Assembly: GCA_005222975.1 (NCBI GenBank)
Contig: NJBI01000077.1
Coordinates: forward strand, 1 to 13,471
From: Promethearchaeota archaeon Loki_b31
GTDB taxonomy: Archaea; Asgardarchaeota; Lokiarchaeia; Sigyniarchaeales; SOKP01
Length of the DNA stretch: 13,471 nt
Direction of reading: 5' to 3'
In this document: one piece after another, positions 1 through 7,603 of the stretch
How positions within the stretch are numbered: position 1 is the stretch's first letter
Layout of the letters: each line of letters opens with the position of its first letter
The notes under the pieces: generated by a model
What the model was told of the DNA's origin: nothing
Databases searched by the model: none
What the model saw: only the letters and a program-made list of their open reading frames with translations
Made by a program: the position numbers and the translations under genes

Positions 1-1012
1 AAAAGTCATTATCTCTTGTAAAATTTAAAACTTCTTCAAATGTGGGAATTTGTATGCCCCTGTAATTGTCTCCGTCTTCTTTTGAAATACGACCAAAAGC
101 TAAAGCCCCGTATGGATCTTTGTCCGCAAACCAACTACCAGCGTCTAATTGTCTGAGTTCAGAAAGCGTGAATGTTTCAGCGCGATCGTTCTTACGATTT
201 GGAAAAATATCCTCTACATTAGTGGTTCGAGTTAGAGTATCATCATGCAACAAAAATAATTCTCCGTCAACAGAAATTCTTATGTCGACTTCCCAACCTA
301 CAGCCCCGTGTTCTACCGCTAATTCTCCCGCTACGATAGTGTCTTCTGGGGCTAAATGCGATGCACCTCTATGCGCTGTTATGTTGGGTTTGGGAGGTAG
401 ATCGCCGAAAATCACATTTGAGGGGATAAACAATAGCGGGGATGCGAAAGCAAAAAAATATCCCGTAAGTAAGAGTCCTAAAATAATTTTTGACTTTATT
501 TCTTCATTTAATATCCTATTTGATAAATGATTTTTCCACTGTGGGATTGATTTTATCAAAGGATATAAGCCCAAAATAAGTAAGAGCGAAAGTGGTATTG
601 TTAAAAATATACTATAAAATTCAATAACTTGAGGAATTAATCGGGAGTATTGTTCTAAAGAGGATAATAATAGTGCGAATAGACTTGAATATATGAACAT
701 TAGAACTATTGGAAAAATTTTGTTTAGGATACAAGGTTTAATTTCGTTATTTTTTTTAATATTCCTAAGATGCACATGAAGAATCGCAGCTCCATAAATC
801 AACGGAAGTAATACGATCACAACAATTATAAATACGAGATTTATATCAAAACCAATATAATCAGAAACAATTAAATTAATATCTCCCCAATATACATGAA
901 AAATCAGCATTATCAACGTTAAAACAACCATGTTTATTATTAATGCCAAATCAAGGAGCAACCATTTTTTTCCTTTTCTTCTTAGAAACGAGTTGATATC
1001 CATTTTTACCAT
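1..1012 (-). CDS. Multi-pass membrane glycerophosphodiester phosphodiesterase (GDPD), GDE2/3/6-like architecture; 3' end truncated by the window edge
   Basis: Translated by hand: open frame from ATG 1012 (alternative ATG 1003) to the window edge, 337 codons with no stop. MVKMDINSFLRRKGKKW is followed by five hydrophobic segments, then DLPPKPNITAHRGASHLAPEDT...GWEVDIRISVDGELFLLHDDTLTRTTNV...LRQLDAGSWF...IPTFEEVL. These contain the GDPD motifs HRG, E-x-D, HD and IPT-x-EE. Confidence 0.93.
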   Translation of the reverse strand, partial: MVKMDINSFLRRKGKKWLLLDLALIINMVVLTLIMLIFHVYWGDINLIVSDYIGFDINLVFIIVVIVLLPLIYGAAILHVHLRNIKKNNEIKPCILNKIFPIVLMFIYSSLFALLLSSLEQYSRLIPQVIEFYSIFLTIPLSLLLILGLYPLIKSIPQWKNHLSNRILNEEIKSKIILGLLLTGYFFAFASPLLFIPSNVIFGDLPPKPNITAHRGASHLAPEDTIVAGELAVEHGAVGWEVDIRISVDGELFLLHDDTLTRTTNVEDIFPNRKNDRAETFTLSELRQLDAGSWFADKDPYGALAFGRISKEDGDNYRGIQIPTFEEVLNFTRDNDF

Positions 1013-1265
1013 TTATTTATTAAATTATTTATTAATAAGTTAGACTTCGAATTTTTTGTTAATAAGCGTTATGGCAATTTGTTGAAGAAAAAAAATTAAA
1101 TAATAGAAAAAAAAATTTGTGATCAAAATTAATTAAAATATTTATTTTTGCACTTTAAGAAAATTATTTTCTACCTAATGCTTCTACATTTAAATTGTAG
1201 AGTAACTTCATTTATTTTATTATAAATATTAAAATGAATTTCAATAAAATAAATTTTGAATTGAA

Positions 1266-1682
1266 ATGTATTGTTCTAAATGTGGTCTAGAAATACTTGA
1301 TGATGCAAAATTTTGTGGTTTTTGTGGAGAACCTACTGATCCCTTAACTAGCCGTCAAACTCAACCAACTCAACCAACTCAGCCAACACCAATACCCTTT
1401 CAAGGAACTTCAGTTACCCCACCAAGATCATCGAGTAATACAGGTAGAATTATTGCAGCTGTTTTTATAGTTGGAATCCTATTGTTTATTTTTGGAACAC
1501 AAATGGTAAACACAATGCCCAGTACAGGAATAACGATATTTGTAGTAGGGGCTATTGTAATTATTTGTATAGGATGTAGTGTATGTAGCCCTGGAAGACG
1601 CCGAAGAGGTTATGGCGGAGGCGGTTGCGGCGATTGCGGTGGCTGCGATGGTTGCGGTGATTGCGGAGGTTGTGATTGCTAG
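1266..1682 (+). CDS. Zinc-ribbon membrane protein with Pro/Gln/Thr linker, two TM helices and a Gly/Cys/Asp-rich C-terminal tail
   Basis: N-terminal YCSKCG...AKFCGFCG zinc ribbon; low-complexity linker; hydrophobic IIAAVFIVGILLFIFG and GITIFVVGAIVIICIGC; RRRR; tail GGGGCGDCGGCDGCGDCGGCDC*. Confidence 0.88.
   Translation: MYCSKCGLEILDDAKFCGFCGEPTDPLTSRQTQPTQPTQPTPIPFQGTSVTPPRSSSNTGRIIAAVFIVGILLFIFGTQMVNTMPSTGITIFVVGAIVIICIGCSVCSPGRRRRGYGGGGCGDCGGCDGCGDCGGCDC
1359..1391 (+). repeat. 9-bp coding tandem repeat (ACTCAACCA, about 3.5 copies) encoding TQP repeats
   Basis: actcaacca actcaacca actcagcca acacca read directly from the sequence. Confidence 0.85.
1623..1676 (+). repeat. 27-bp coding tandem duplication encoding (GCGDCGGCD)x2
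   Basis: ggttgcggcgattgcggtggctgcgat / ggttgcggtgattgcggaggttgtgat; the four differences are all synonymous third positions. Confidence 0.85.
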
Positions 1683-1778
1683 AGCTCCCGTTCTTGCAAT
1701 CCATTTGTTTCAATTAATAAGGACTAATGCACAATTTAATGATCATAAAATTTTACATAATAGAACTAGAATAGAAAG

Positions 1779-2270
1779 ATGCATCACCAAAATGATGATC
1801 TTCAAAAGGATAAAAAAGTAATCCATTGGTTAGCACATCATAATCCAAAACGCGACGATTTCGATGATCATGTATTTTACATATTTAACTATGCTATTTG
1901 TATAGGATGTTTTGCTTTTGTTTTGGGTGCTGCTTTTGCATTAATAATAGGCAATGTATTTTATTATTATATTGTAAATTCCATTAGTTTGCCTACATTT
2001 CTCATGATTTTTTTAGTTTGCTGGACACCCTCAATTTTCCAATATACAATTCAAATTGCGGGAAAAAAATCACTTAAAAATCGAACAGTTAAATTTATAT
2101 GTCGTGTTCTTTATCCAATTGGCAGCATTTTATTAATATTCAAATCTCCACTATGGGGATTTGTTATTTCAATTCCTGCTGGTTATTTGATAATAATTAT
2201 TAGAAATAAAAAGAATAAAACTTTAATCTCACAACGCAAGCTAAGAAAAAAAGAAATAGAGCATGCTTAA
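1779..2270 (+). CDS. Integral membrane protein with HH...H...CxxC motif (DUF2085-like, putative metal-binding)
   Basis: LAHHNPKRDDFDDHVFYIFNYAICIGC resembles the DUF2085 pattern CHQ..ERSF...CARC.G; 3-4 hydrophobic segments follow, then a basic tail. The ORF is well supported; the family call is tentative. Confidence 0.7.
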   Translation: MHHQNDDLQKDKKVIHWLAHHNPKRDDFDDHVFYIFNYAICIGCFAFVLGAAFALIIGNVFYYYIVNSISLPTFLMIFLVCWTPSIFQYTIQIAGKKSLKNRTVKFICRVLYPIGSILLIFKSPLWGFVISIPAGYLIIIIRNKKNKTLISQRKLRKKEIEHA

Positions 2271-2288
2271 ATTAATTCTGAAGAATTT

Positions 2289-2313
2289 AAAAAATTAAAA
2301 AAAAATTAAAAAA
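2289..2313 (-). terminator. Oligo-T tracts (T6-AA-T9-AA-T6) just after the helicase stop; candidate archaeal intrinsic terminator
   Basis: Three A-runs on the + strand in the convergent gap 2271-2318. Confidence 0.45.
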
Positions 2314-2318
2314 GGAAT

Positions 2319-4487
2319 TTAGTCGTAATCCTTTATGAAGTGCACTTCTTTGGTAGATCTTTTAAGATACCCTAAATAGCAAGCTTGATTAAAATGAGCA
2401 TAAAATTTCTTTTCAATTATATCTTCTTCTTCAGCAAATTCTTTAAAATCAGAAAGAGACATTTTCCCGTCTACGCTATAAGTTTTAGCAATTCTTATTA
2501 ACGTTTTTACGTTATGATTTAAATAAATTTTTCTTTCTGTCATTTTCTTATTTTTTTTTTTTTCTTCTTGATTTCCTTTTAATTTTAATATAGAAGTTTT
2601 CAATTTCAATTTATCCAAACCTATTACATCGGAATAAAAAGTTACACCAGAATCTTTTAATTTTTTAAACTCATTGCTTTGGACGAAATTATCAAGTTCT
2701 GAAATGATTTCTTCAATGGAACGATTTGCAAGAAGTTCTTTTTCTCTTTTACGCCGTTCTTTATAATTTTTAATTAAATCTAATTCTGAAATTTTATTAG
2801 AAACTACCTTAAAGCATATCTGTTCTCGGTTAACTACATCACATAAATCCAATTGTTTTGAATCGGATAGTACCGAATTCATAGCCATTTCTTTTCGCTC
2901 GGCGGCTTTGTAAAAGGGGATGTCTATAGTCCCTCTAGCTATTAACAAATAGCACCTTCCAGGGGCGTGTCGTCCGGTTCTACCTCGTCTTTGAATTAAC
3001 CTTATCTCAGAAGGTACTGGCTCGTAAAAGATAATAGCGTCGATATTTGGAATATCAAGCCCTTCTTCTGCAACACTTGTAGCCACAAGAATGTCTATCG
3101 CACCAGCTTTAAACTGTTTTATTATTTCTCCTTGCTGATATTGTGAAAAACCTATATCATTTATCTTGGTTGACTGACCTATAAATTTTTCTACACTCAA
3201 TCGAGTTCCAAAGCGTTCCTTTAGTTTTACTTTCAATAATTCTGCCATTTCTCGGTACTGAGTAAAAACTATGATTTTATTATTAAGAAATTCTTCGATT
3301 TCTTCAGTTATAATTGAAAATAACTTTTCAATTTTAGAATGTAAGTAATTATCACGGTTGTCCTGCTCAAAAATGTTTTTAATGAACTTATAGTGATCGG
3401 AATTAATAATTCTCTTAGCTGAAAGAATGTCATGACCAGATTTATATTCTAATTTTTCTAAAAATGTTTCAAATAACGAGATATTCTGAGATTCTAGCAA
3501 ATCTTTCCCATGCAATAAAGAAATACAGCTTGAACTGTAAGAATAAATCGATTCGATATTGAGCGAATTTTCTTTTACTAAATCTATGATTCGTGGAGAT
3601 TGAAAATAAAGAGCATTTTGGTACTCTTCTTCTGATAACTCGGGTAAATAGCCATTATTATACCTTAGAGAGAGCGTTAAATCTCGCGATATTCCTAAGA
3701 AATCCAACTTAGAGTAATAACGCTTATTGGGTGGAATTAATTTTTTTTCGATAAAGAATCTTAGAAATTTTTCAAATAAGTTATACCAAATCGCACTTAA
3801 CTCTAAAACTTTAATAGGCAAATCGACAAATTCTAAATACATGTCAATATCGTAAATATACTGTTTTACATCTTTATCTTCGTAGGTTTTAAATATAACA
3901 TTCTCAATAAACAAATTATCGCACAATTGTTGAATGTGAAAATAACTTTTTCCTGGAGATGCAGTTAGGCCTAAAACAAGCGGGTCTTTACACGTATTAA
4001 GATATTCGGTTGAAATAAAACAATAGGCGTAATTTCCTCTCGTTCTGTGTGCTTCGTCGAAAATTATTAGAGAAACATGCTTCAAATCGTATCGACCCCT
4101 TTCTACATCGTTTTTTATTACTTGAGGAGTCGATACAATAATTTTAGAATTGTTGAAAAGTAAAATTCTCTTTTCTGGCGAAATCTTGCCTGTAAATGAA
4201 GTAATTAAATTAGAATCAATATTTAAAAAGGCTTCACATGAAGCTTTATGTTGCGAAACTAAAGGTCTAGTTGGGGCAAGAATAATGATCTTTGATTTTG
4301 AATATTTTTCTAGAGCTTTACCTATAAGTAAAATCCCTATAATTGTTTTTCCCAAGCCAGTTGGTAATACTACTAACGAATTTCTTCCTATACACTTTTT
4401 AATAATATTATTTTGGTATTGTCGATAAACAACTCTATTCTTTTTTAAGAAAGGTTCGTTAAAATATCCAGATACTTCACTTTGCAA
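2319..4487 (-). CDS. hef: Hef/FANCM/Mph1-family SF2 DEAH-box helicase lacking an ERCC4 nuclease domain
   Basis: Motifs LPTGLGKT (I), LAPTRPLVSQH (Ia), STPQ (Ib), DEAH (II), LTASPG (III), IVFTQYR (IV), FIGQ, ATSVAEEGLDIP (V), SEIRLIQRRGRTGR (VI). TTG start, so the exact start is uncertain. Confidence 0.92.
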   Translation of the reverse strand: MQSEVSGYFNEPFLKKNRVVYRQYQNNIIKKCIGRNSLVVLPTGLGKTIIGILLIGKALEKYSKSKIIILAPTRPLVSQHKASCEAFLNIDSNLITSFTGKISPEKRILLFNNSKIIVSTPQVIKNDVERGRYDLKHVSLIIFDEAHRTRGNYAYCFISTEYLNTCKDPLVLGLTASPGKSYFHIQQLCDNLFIENVIFKTYEDKDVKQYIYDIDMYLEFVDLPIKVLELSAIWYNLFEKFLRFFIEKKLIPPNKRYYSKLDFLGISRDLTLSLRYNNGYLPELSEEEYQNALYFQSPRIIDLVKENSLNIESIYSYSSSCISLLHGKDLLESQNISLFETFLEKLEYKSGHDILSAKRIINSDHYKFIKNIFEQDNRDNYLHSKIEKLFSIITEEIEEFLNNKIIVFTQYREMAELLKVKLKERFGTRLSVEKFIGQSTKINDIGFSQYQQGEIIKQFKAGAIDILVATSVAEEGLDIPNIDAIIFYEPVPSEIRLIQRRGRTGRHAPGRCYLLIARGTIDIPFYKAAERKEMAMNSVLSDSKQLDLCDVVNREQICFKVVSNKISELDLIKNYKERRKREKELLANRSIEEIISELDNFVQSNEFKKLKDSGVTFYSDVIGLDKLKLKTSILKLKGNQEEKKKNKKMTERKIYLNHNVKTLIRIAKTYSVDGKMSLSDFKEFAEEEDIIEKKFYAHFNQACYLGYLKRSTKEVHFIKDYD

Positions 4488-4607
4488 TATAAAGAAAATT
4501 TGAAATTAAGCCTTTTTAATTCAAAGAGAGTTAAGATTTTTATAACATCAAGTAAAGACATTAAATAACATTTTTTTTCTATTTTAAAAATTATATTTGA
4601 GTTTAAT

Positions 4608-6025
4608 ATGATTGAACAAAAAAACACATTATTTGAGGAAAAAGTACCAACGCGCTCCAAATTTGCATATGGAGGAGCAGTTTTCGCCAACGGAATACTT
4701 TCAGGTTTAGGATTAGGACCAATCACATACTATTACAATATAACATTGGGTTTAAGCGGATATTTACTAGGTTTGGCATGGATGATATTTATCGATGGAA
4801 CGCAATTAACGATCCATTATTTGGATTCTTGGAAGACCGTACTAAATCAAAGAAATATGGACGTAGAATCCCATACATTCGATTTGGGGCGCCAGTTTAT
4901 TCAATATTGTTTATGTTTTGTTGGTTCCCCCTTGTTGACATAAACAACGATGTAGCACTGTTTTTCAACTTTTTAATTATTCTTTATGCTTTTGATACGA
5001 TTTATACGATAATTGGTCTTATCACATATTCGTTACCGGCAGAAATGGCAATATCATCTAAAGCTCGAGCAGGAATAATGATTTTCAGCTCAATTTTTAG
5101 CGGTTTAGCACTTCTAATCACTTTTTTACTACCTACTCTATTGTTAACGGGCGAATCTTCGCCACCTGTTGATGTTTTCTTAACAGCTATGGTAATTATT
5201 GGTATAGCTTGTGGTATTATTTTGTTTATTAGTAGTTATTACCTAAAGGAAAATAAATATACGCAGCTTGAAGAACCGTTAGGATATTGGACTAGCTTGA
5301 TTGAAACTTTTAAAAACAAATCGTTTTTAATTTTTGAAGTCTCAAATTTCTGCTTCACGATTGCACAATACATTCTTACGACTTCTGTGTTTTATTATAT
5401 AGGTTTCGTTTTAATGGTTGAGGGAATATTATCGATGGTGCCATTACTTATATTTTTTGTCGTTATTTTTGCGTTCACTGTCGTTTACAACAAAATTTTA
5501 GGAAAGTACGAATTAAAAAAAGTGTACTTTTTAATATTGTTAATGACGGGGTTAAGCTTCATAGTGTTCTTCTTTATAGGATGGAAGTTTATTTCTGCTA
5601 TACTCGGAATGGTTCTTTTAGGAATTGGTTTTTCTGGATATTTCATGACTGGACAATTAATGATGGCTGATGTTATTGATTACGACGAGATACGCACGAA
5701 AAAGCGTCGCGAAACGAGTTATTCTGGGGTCAACGCGTTATTAACTAAGCCTGCTGTATCAATTGCCCCTTGGCTTTTCCTGACAATAATCGCGGTTTTT
5801 GGATTTGATAACGAAGCAGCAACTCAAACACCAGACGCCCAATTGGGAATAATGATTGGTTTTACAATTATACCAGCGGTACTTATTTTAATCGCTGCTC
5901 TTGTTATAAAATTCTTCCCTTTAAGCGGTCCTAAATGGAAAGAACAGAAAATGGAGCTACAAAGAATTCACGCGGAAAAAGAAAAAGCCTATTTAGAGCA
6001 TCTTAAAAAGGAAGGTAAGATTTAA
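4608..6025 (+). pseudogene. GPH/MelB-family (MFS_2) glycoside:cation symporter interrupted by a 1-bp deletion near 4794-4795 (sequencing error or recent frameshift)
   Basis: ORF 4608 gives the GPH N-terminus (SKFAYG...YYYNITLGLSGYLLGLAWMIFI); the other frame continues WNAINDPLFGFLEDRTKSKKYGRRIPYI and later MMADVIDYDEIRTKKRRETSYSG. The junction reads ATC GA TGG; adding one base gives a single 472-aa protein. Confidence 0.88.
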
Positions 6026-6026
6026 G

Positions 6027-6065
6027 AAGGAACTATTTCTAATTATTATTTATTCCTTTTTTTTT
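6027..6065 (+). terminator. Candidate terminator after the MFS gene: AAGGAA...TTCCTT inverted repeat running into T9
   Basis: aaggaa at 6027-6032, ttcctt at 6053-6058, T-run at 6057-6065. Confidence 0.4.
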
Positions 6066-6157
6066 AATTTAAGTCAATAGAGAAGTACCACTCGCCCTTT
6101 CTTATAACTTAAAACAAAAAGTGATAAATTTTTTTTTTACTACAATCAATAATTTTT

Positions 6158-7540
6158 TTAACTTTCAAAATGAGGGAGCCATTCTTTTTCGGCATCAAAC
6201 ATATCATCTACCATTTCTCTAATTTCTTTTGGAGAACACACGCTTGCTGTATTAGGATCGAGTAATACTGCGTGATAAATTTTTTCTCGATCTAATTCAA
6301 GAGCGCCTTCAACCGCCGCTTTTTGGACCATAATGTTTGATATACACAATGCTTGACAGATAGTAGGCAATTTTATTCCACCCTGGGGATGTATTCCATG
6401 ATAATCAGCAAATACAGGTACCTCGACACAGCAATCCTTTGGTAAATTTGTTATCAAAGCTCCTTCTTTGTTAATTACATTACCATTAAACCTAAAAGGT
6501 TTATTCGTTTCTATTGCGTTTATAATATGTGAAGCGTATTCATCAGTAGGAGTTTTTTTTAATTTAAGTTTTTTACGTTCAATTCGTCTTTTTAGACGTT
6601 TTTCTAGTTTGTCCGCTTCAATAGTATCAAATCTTAATACCTCTCCGTGTATCAGGCTGTTATGGAAAGTTTCAGCACCTTTATAATGTTCGAGCAAAAC
6701 TTTCCTTTTTCTGTAATATGGTAAATATTCACTTAGATGCCCTGAGGATTCAGTCATAAAATATCCAGTAGCGTCCATCATATCCCAACGGATTTTTTCA
6801 CTTCCAACTAATTCAGGGTTCTTTTTGTAGGCTTCATATAATAACGGATATATGTTTTTCCAAGTTTTATTTGGATCAGTAGGGTTTTTATACCATGCTT
6901 TTAAGAACCAAGCCATATGGTTGATTCCCGCACATAAATAACTGAAATCTACGCGTTTTACACCTATCCAATGCCGTAATAGTACTGCTGTTCCTTGTAC
7001 GCCATGGCATAGTCCTACAGTTGAATCGGGATAAATGGAATTAGAGTACCAGGTATTCATTGCCATTGGATTAGCATAGTTAAGTAATAAGGGTTTTAAT
7101 TCAGAATTATATCCAACTTCTTTGATTAATTCAACTATTTCCTTAAGTGCTGTGGATTGGCGTAAAAATCGAAATATTCCTCCTGGACCGAGAGTATCCC
7201 CTACACACTGAGTAACACCGTACTTAAATGGGATTTCTATATCGAGCTTAAAAGCATTTAATCCACCCACATGAATAGCACTGATTAAATATTTGGCGTT
7301 AGTGATAGCTTTTCTAAGATCAGTTGTCTTCTCAAACGATACGCCCTCCAACTTTTCAGGGTTTGATTCCTTATACTTTAGCATTAATTTATACATTAAA
7401 TCTAAACGAGTCGGATCGATATCCTCTAGGCAAATGAGAGTATCTTCTCTTAGAGCAGGATGTGCAAGGATGTCTGTGAGGATATTTTGCCCAAATACGA
7501 TACTTCCTGCTCCGATCATAGTAATTTTCAGATTTTTCAC
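6158..7540 (-). CDS. melA: NAD+/Mn2+-dependent glycoside hydrolase family 4, alpha-galactosidase (MelA-like)
   Basis: KITMIGAGS Rossmann start, QCVGDTLGPGG, NYANP, GLCHG, AGINHMAW, TESSGHLSEYLPYYRK, ITNLPKDCCVEVP, DPNTAS; GTG start. Substrate specificity within GH4 is inferred. Confidence 0.9.
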   Translation of the reverse strand: MKNLKITMIGAGSIVFGQNILTDILAHPALREDTLICLEDIDPTRLDLMYKLMLKYKESNPEKLEGVSFEKTTDLRKAITNAKYLISAIHVGGLNAFKLDIEIPFKYGVTQCVGDTLGPGGIFRFLRQSTALKEIVELIKEVGYNSELKPLLLNYANPMAMNTWYSNSIYPDSTVGLCHGVQGTAVLLRHWIGVKRVDFSYLCAGINHMAWFLKAWYKNPTDPNKTWKNIYPLLYEAYKKNPELVGSEKIRWDMMDATGYFMTESSGHLSEYLPYYRKRKVLLEHYKGAETFHNSLIHGEVLRFDTIEADKLEKRLKRRIERKKLKLKKTPTDEYASHIINAIETNKPFRFNGNVINKEGALITNLPKDCCVEVPVFADYHGIHPQGGIKLPTICQALCISNIMVQKAAVEGALELDREKIYHAVLLDPNTASVCSPKEIREMVDDMFDAEKEWLPHFES

Positions 7541-7603
7541 CTATAAAAAAATTAAATTGAAATTTTCAAAATATAAGATAATGATAATTAAATTAACTAA
7601 ATA

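Noticed and set aside
66-530. 154-aa + strand ORF from the track
   Set aside because: Antisense shadow of the GDPD gene; Ser-rich with no recognisable motifs.
1210-1254. 12-bp inverted repeat ATTTATTTTATT/AATAAAATAAAT
   Set aside because: Pure A/T low complexity, expected by chance in this intergenic composition.
1680-1727. Possible pyrrolysine readthrough of the TAG (continues SSRSCNPFVSINKD*)
   Set aside because: No pyl genes in the window, the extension is short, and TAG also appears to end the esterase normally.
1579-1821. 80-aa Ala/Val-rich ORF that looks like a TM helix
   Set aside because: Alternative-frame reading of the Gly/Cys repeat; the repeat's substitutions are synonymous in the Cys-tail frame.
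4150-4726. Track ORFs 4150-4428 (+) and 4445-4726 (-)
   Set aside because: They overlap the helicase or MFS genes antisense or out of frame and carry no motifs.
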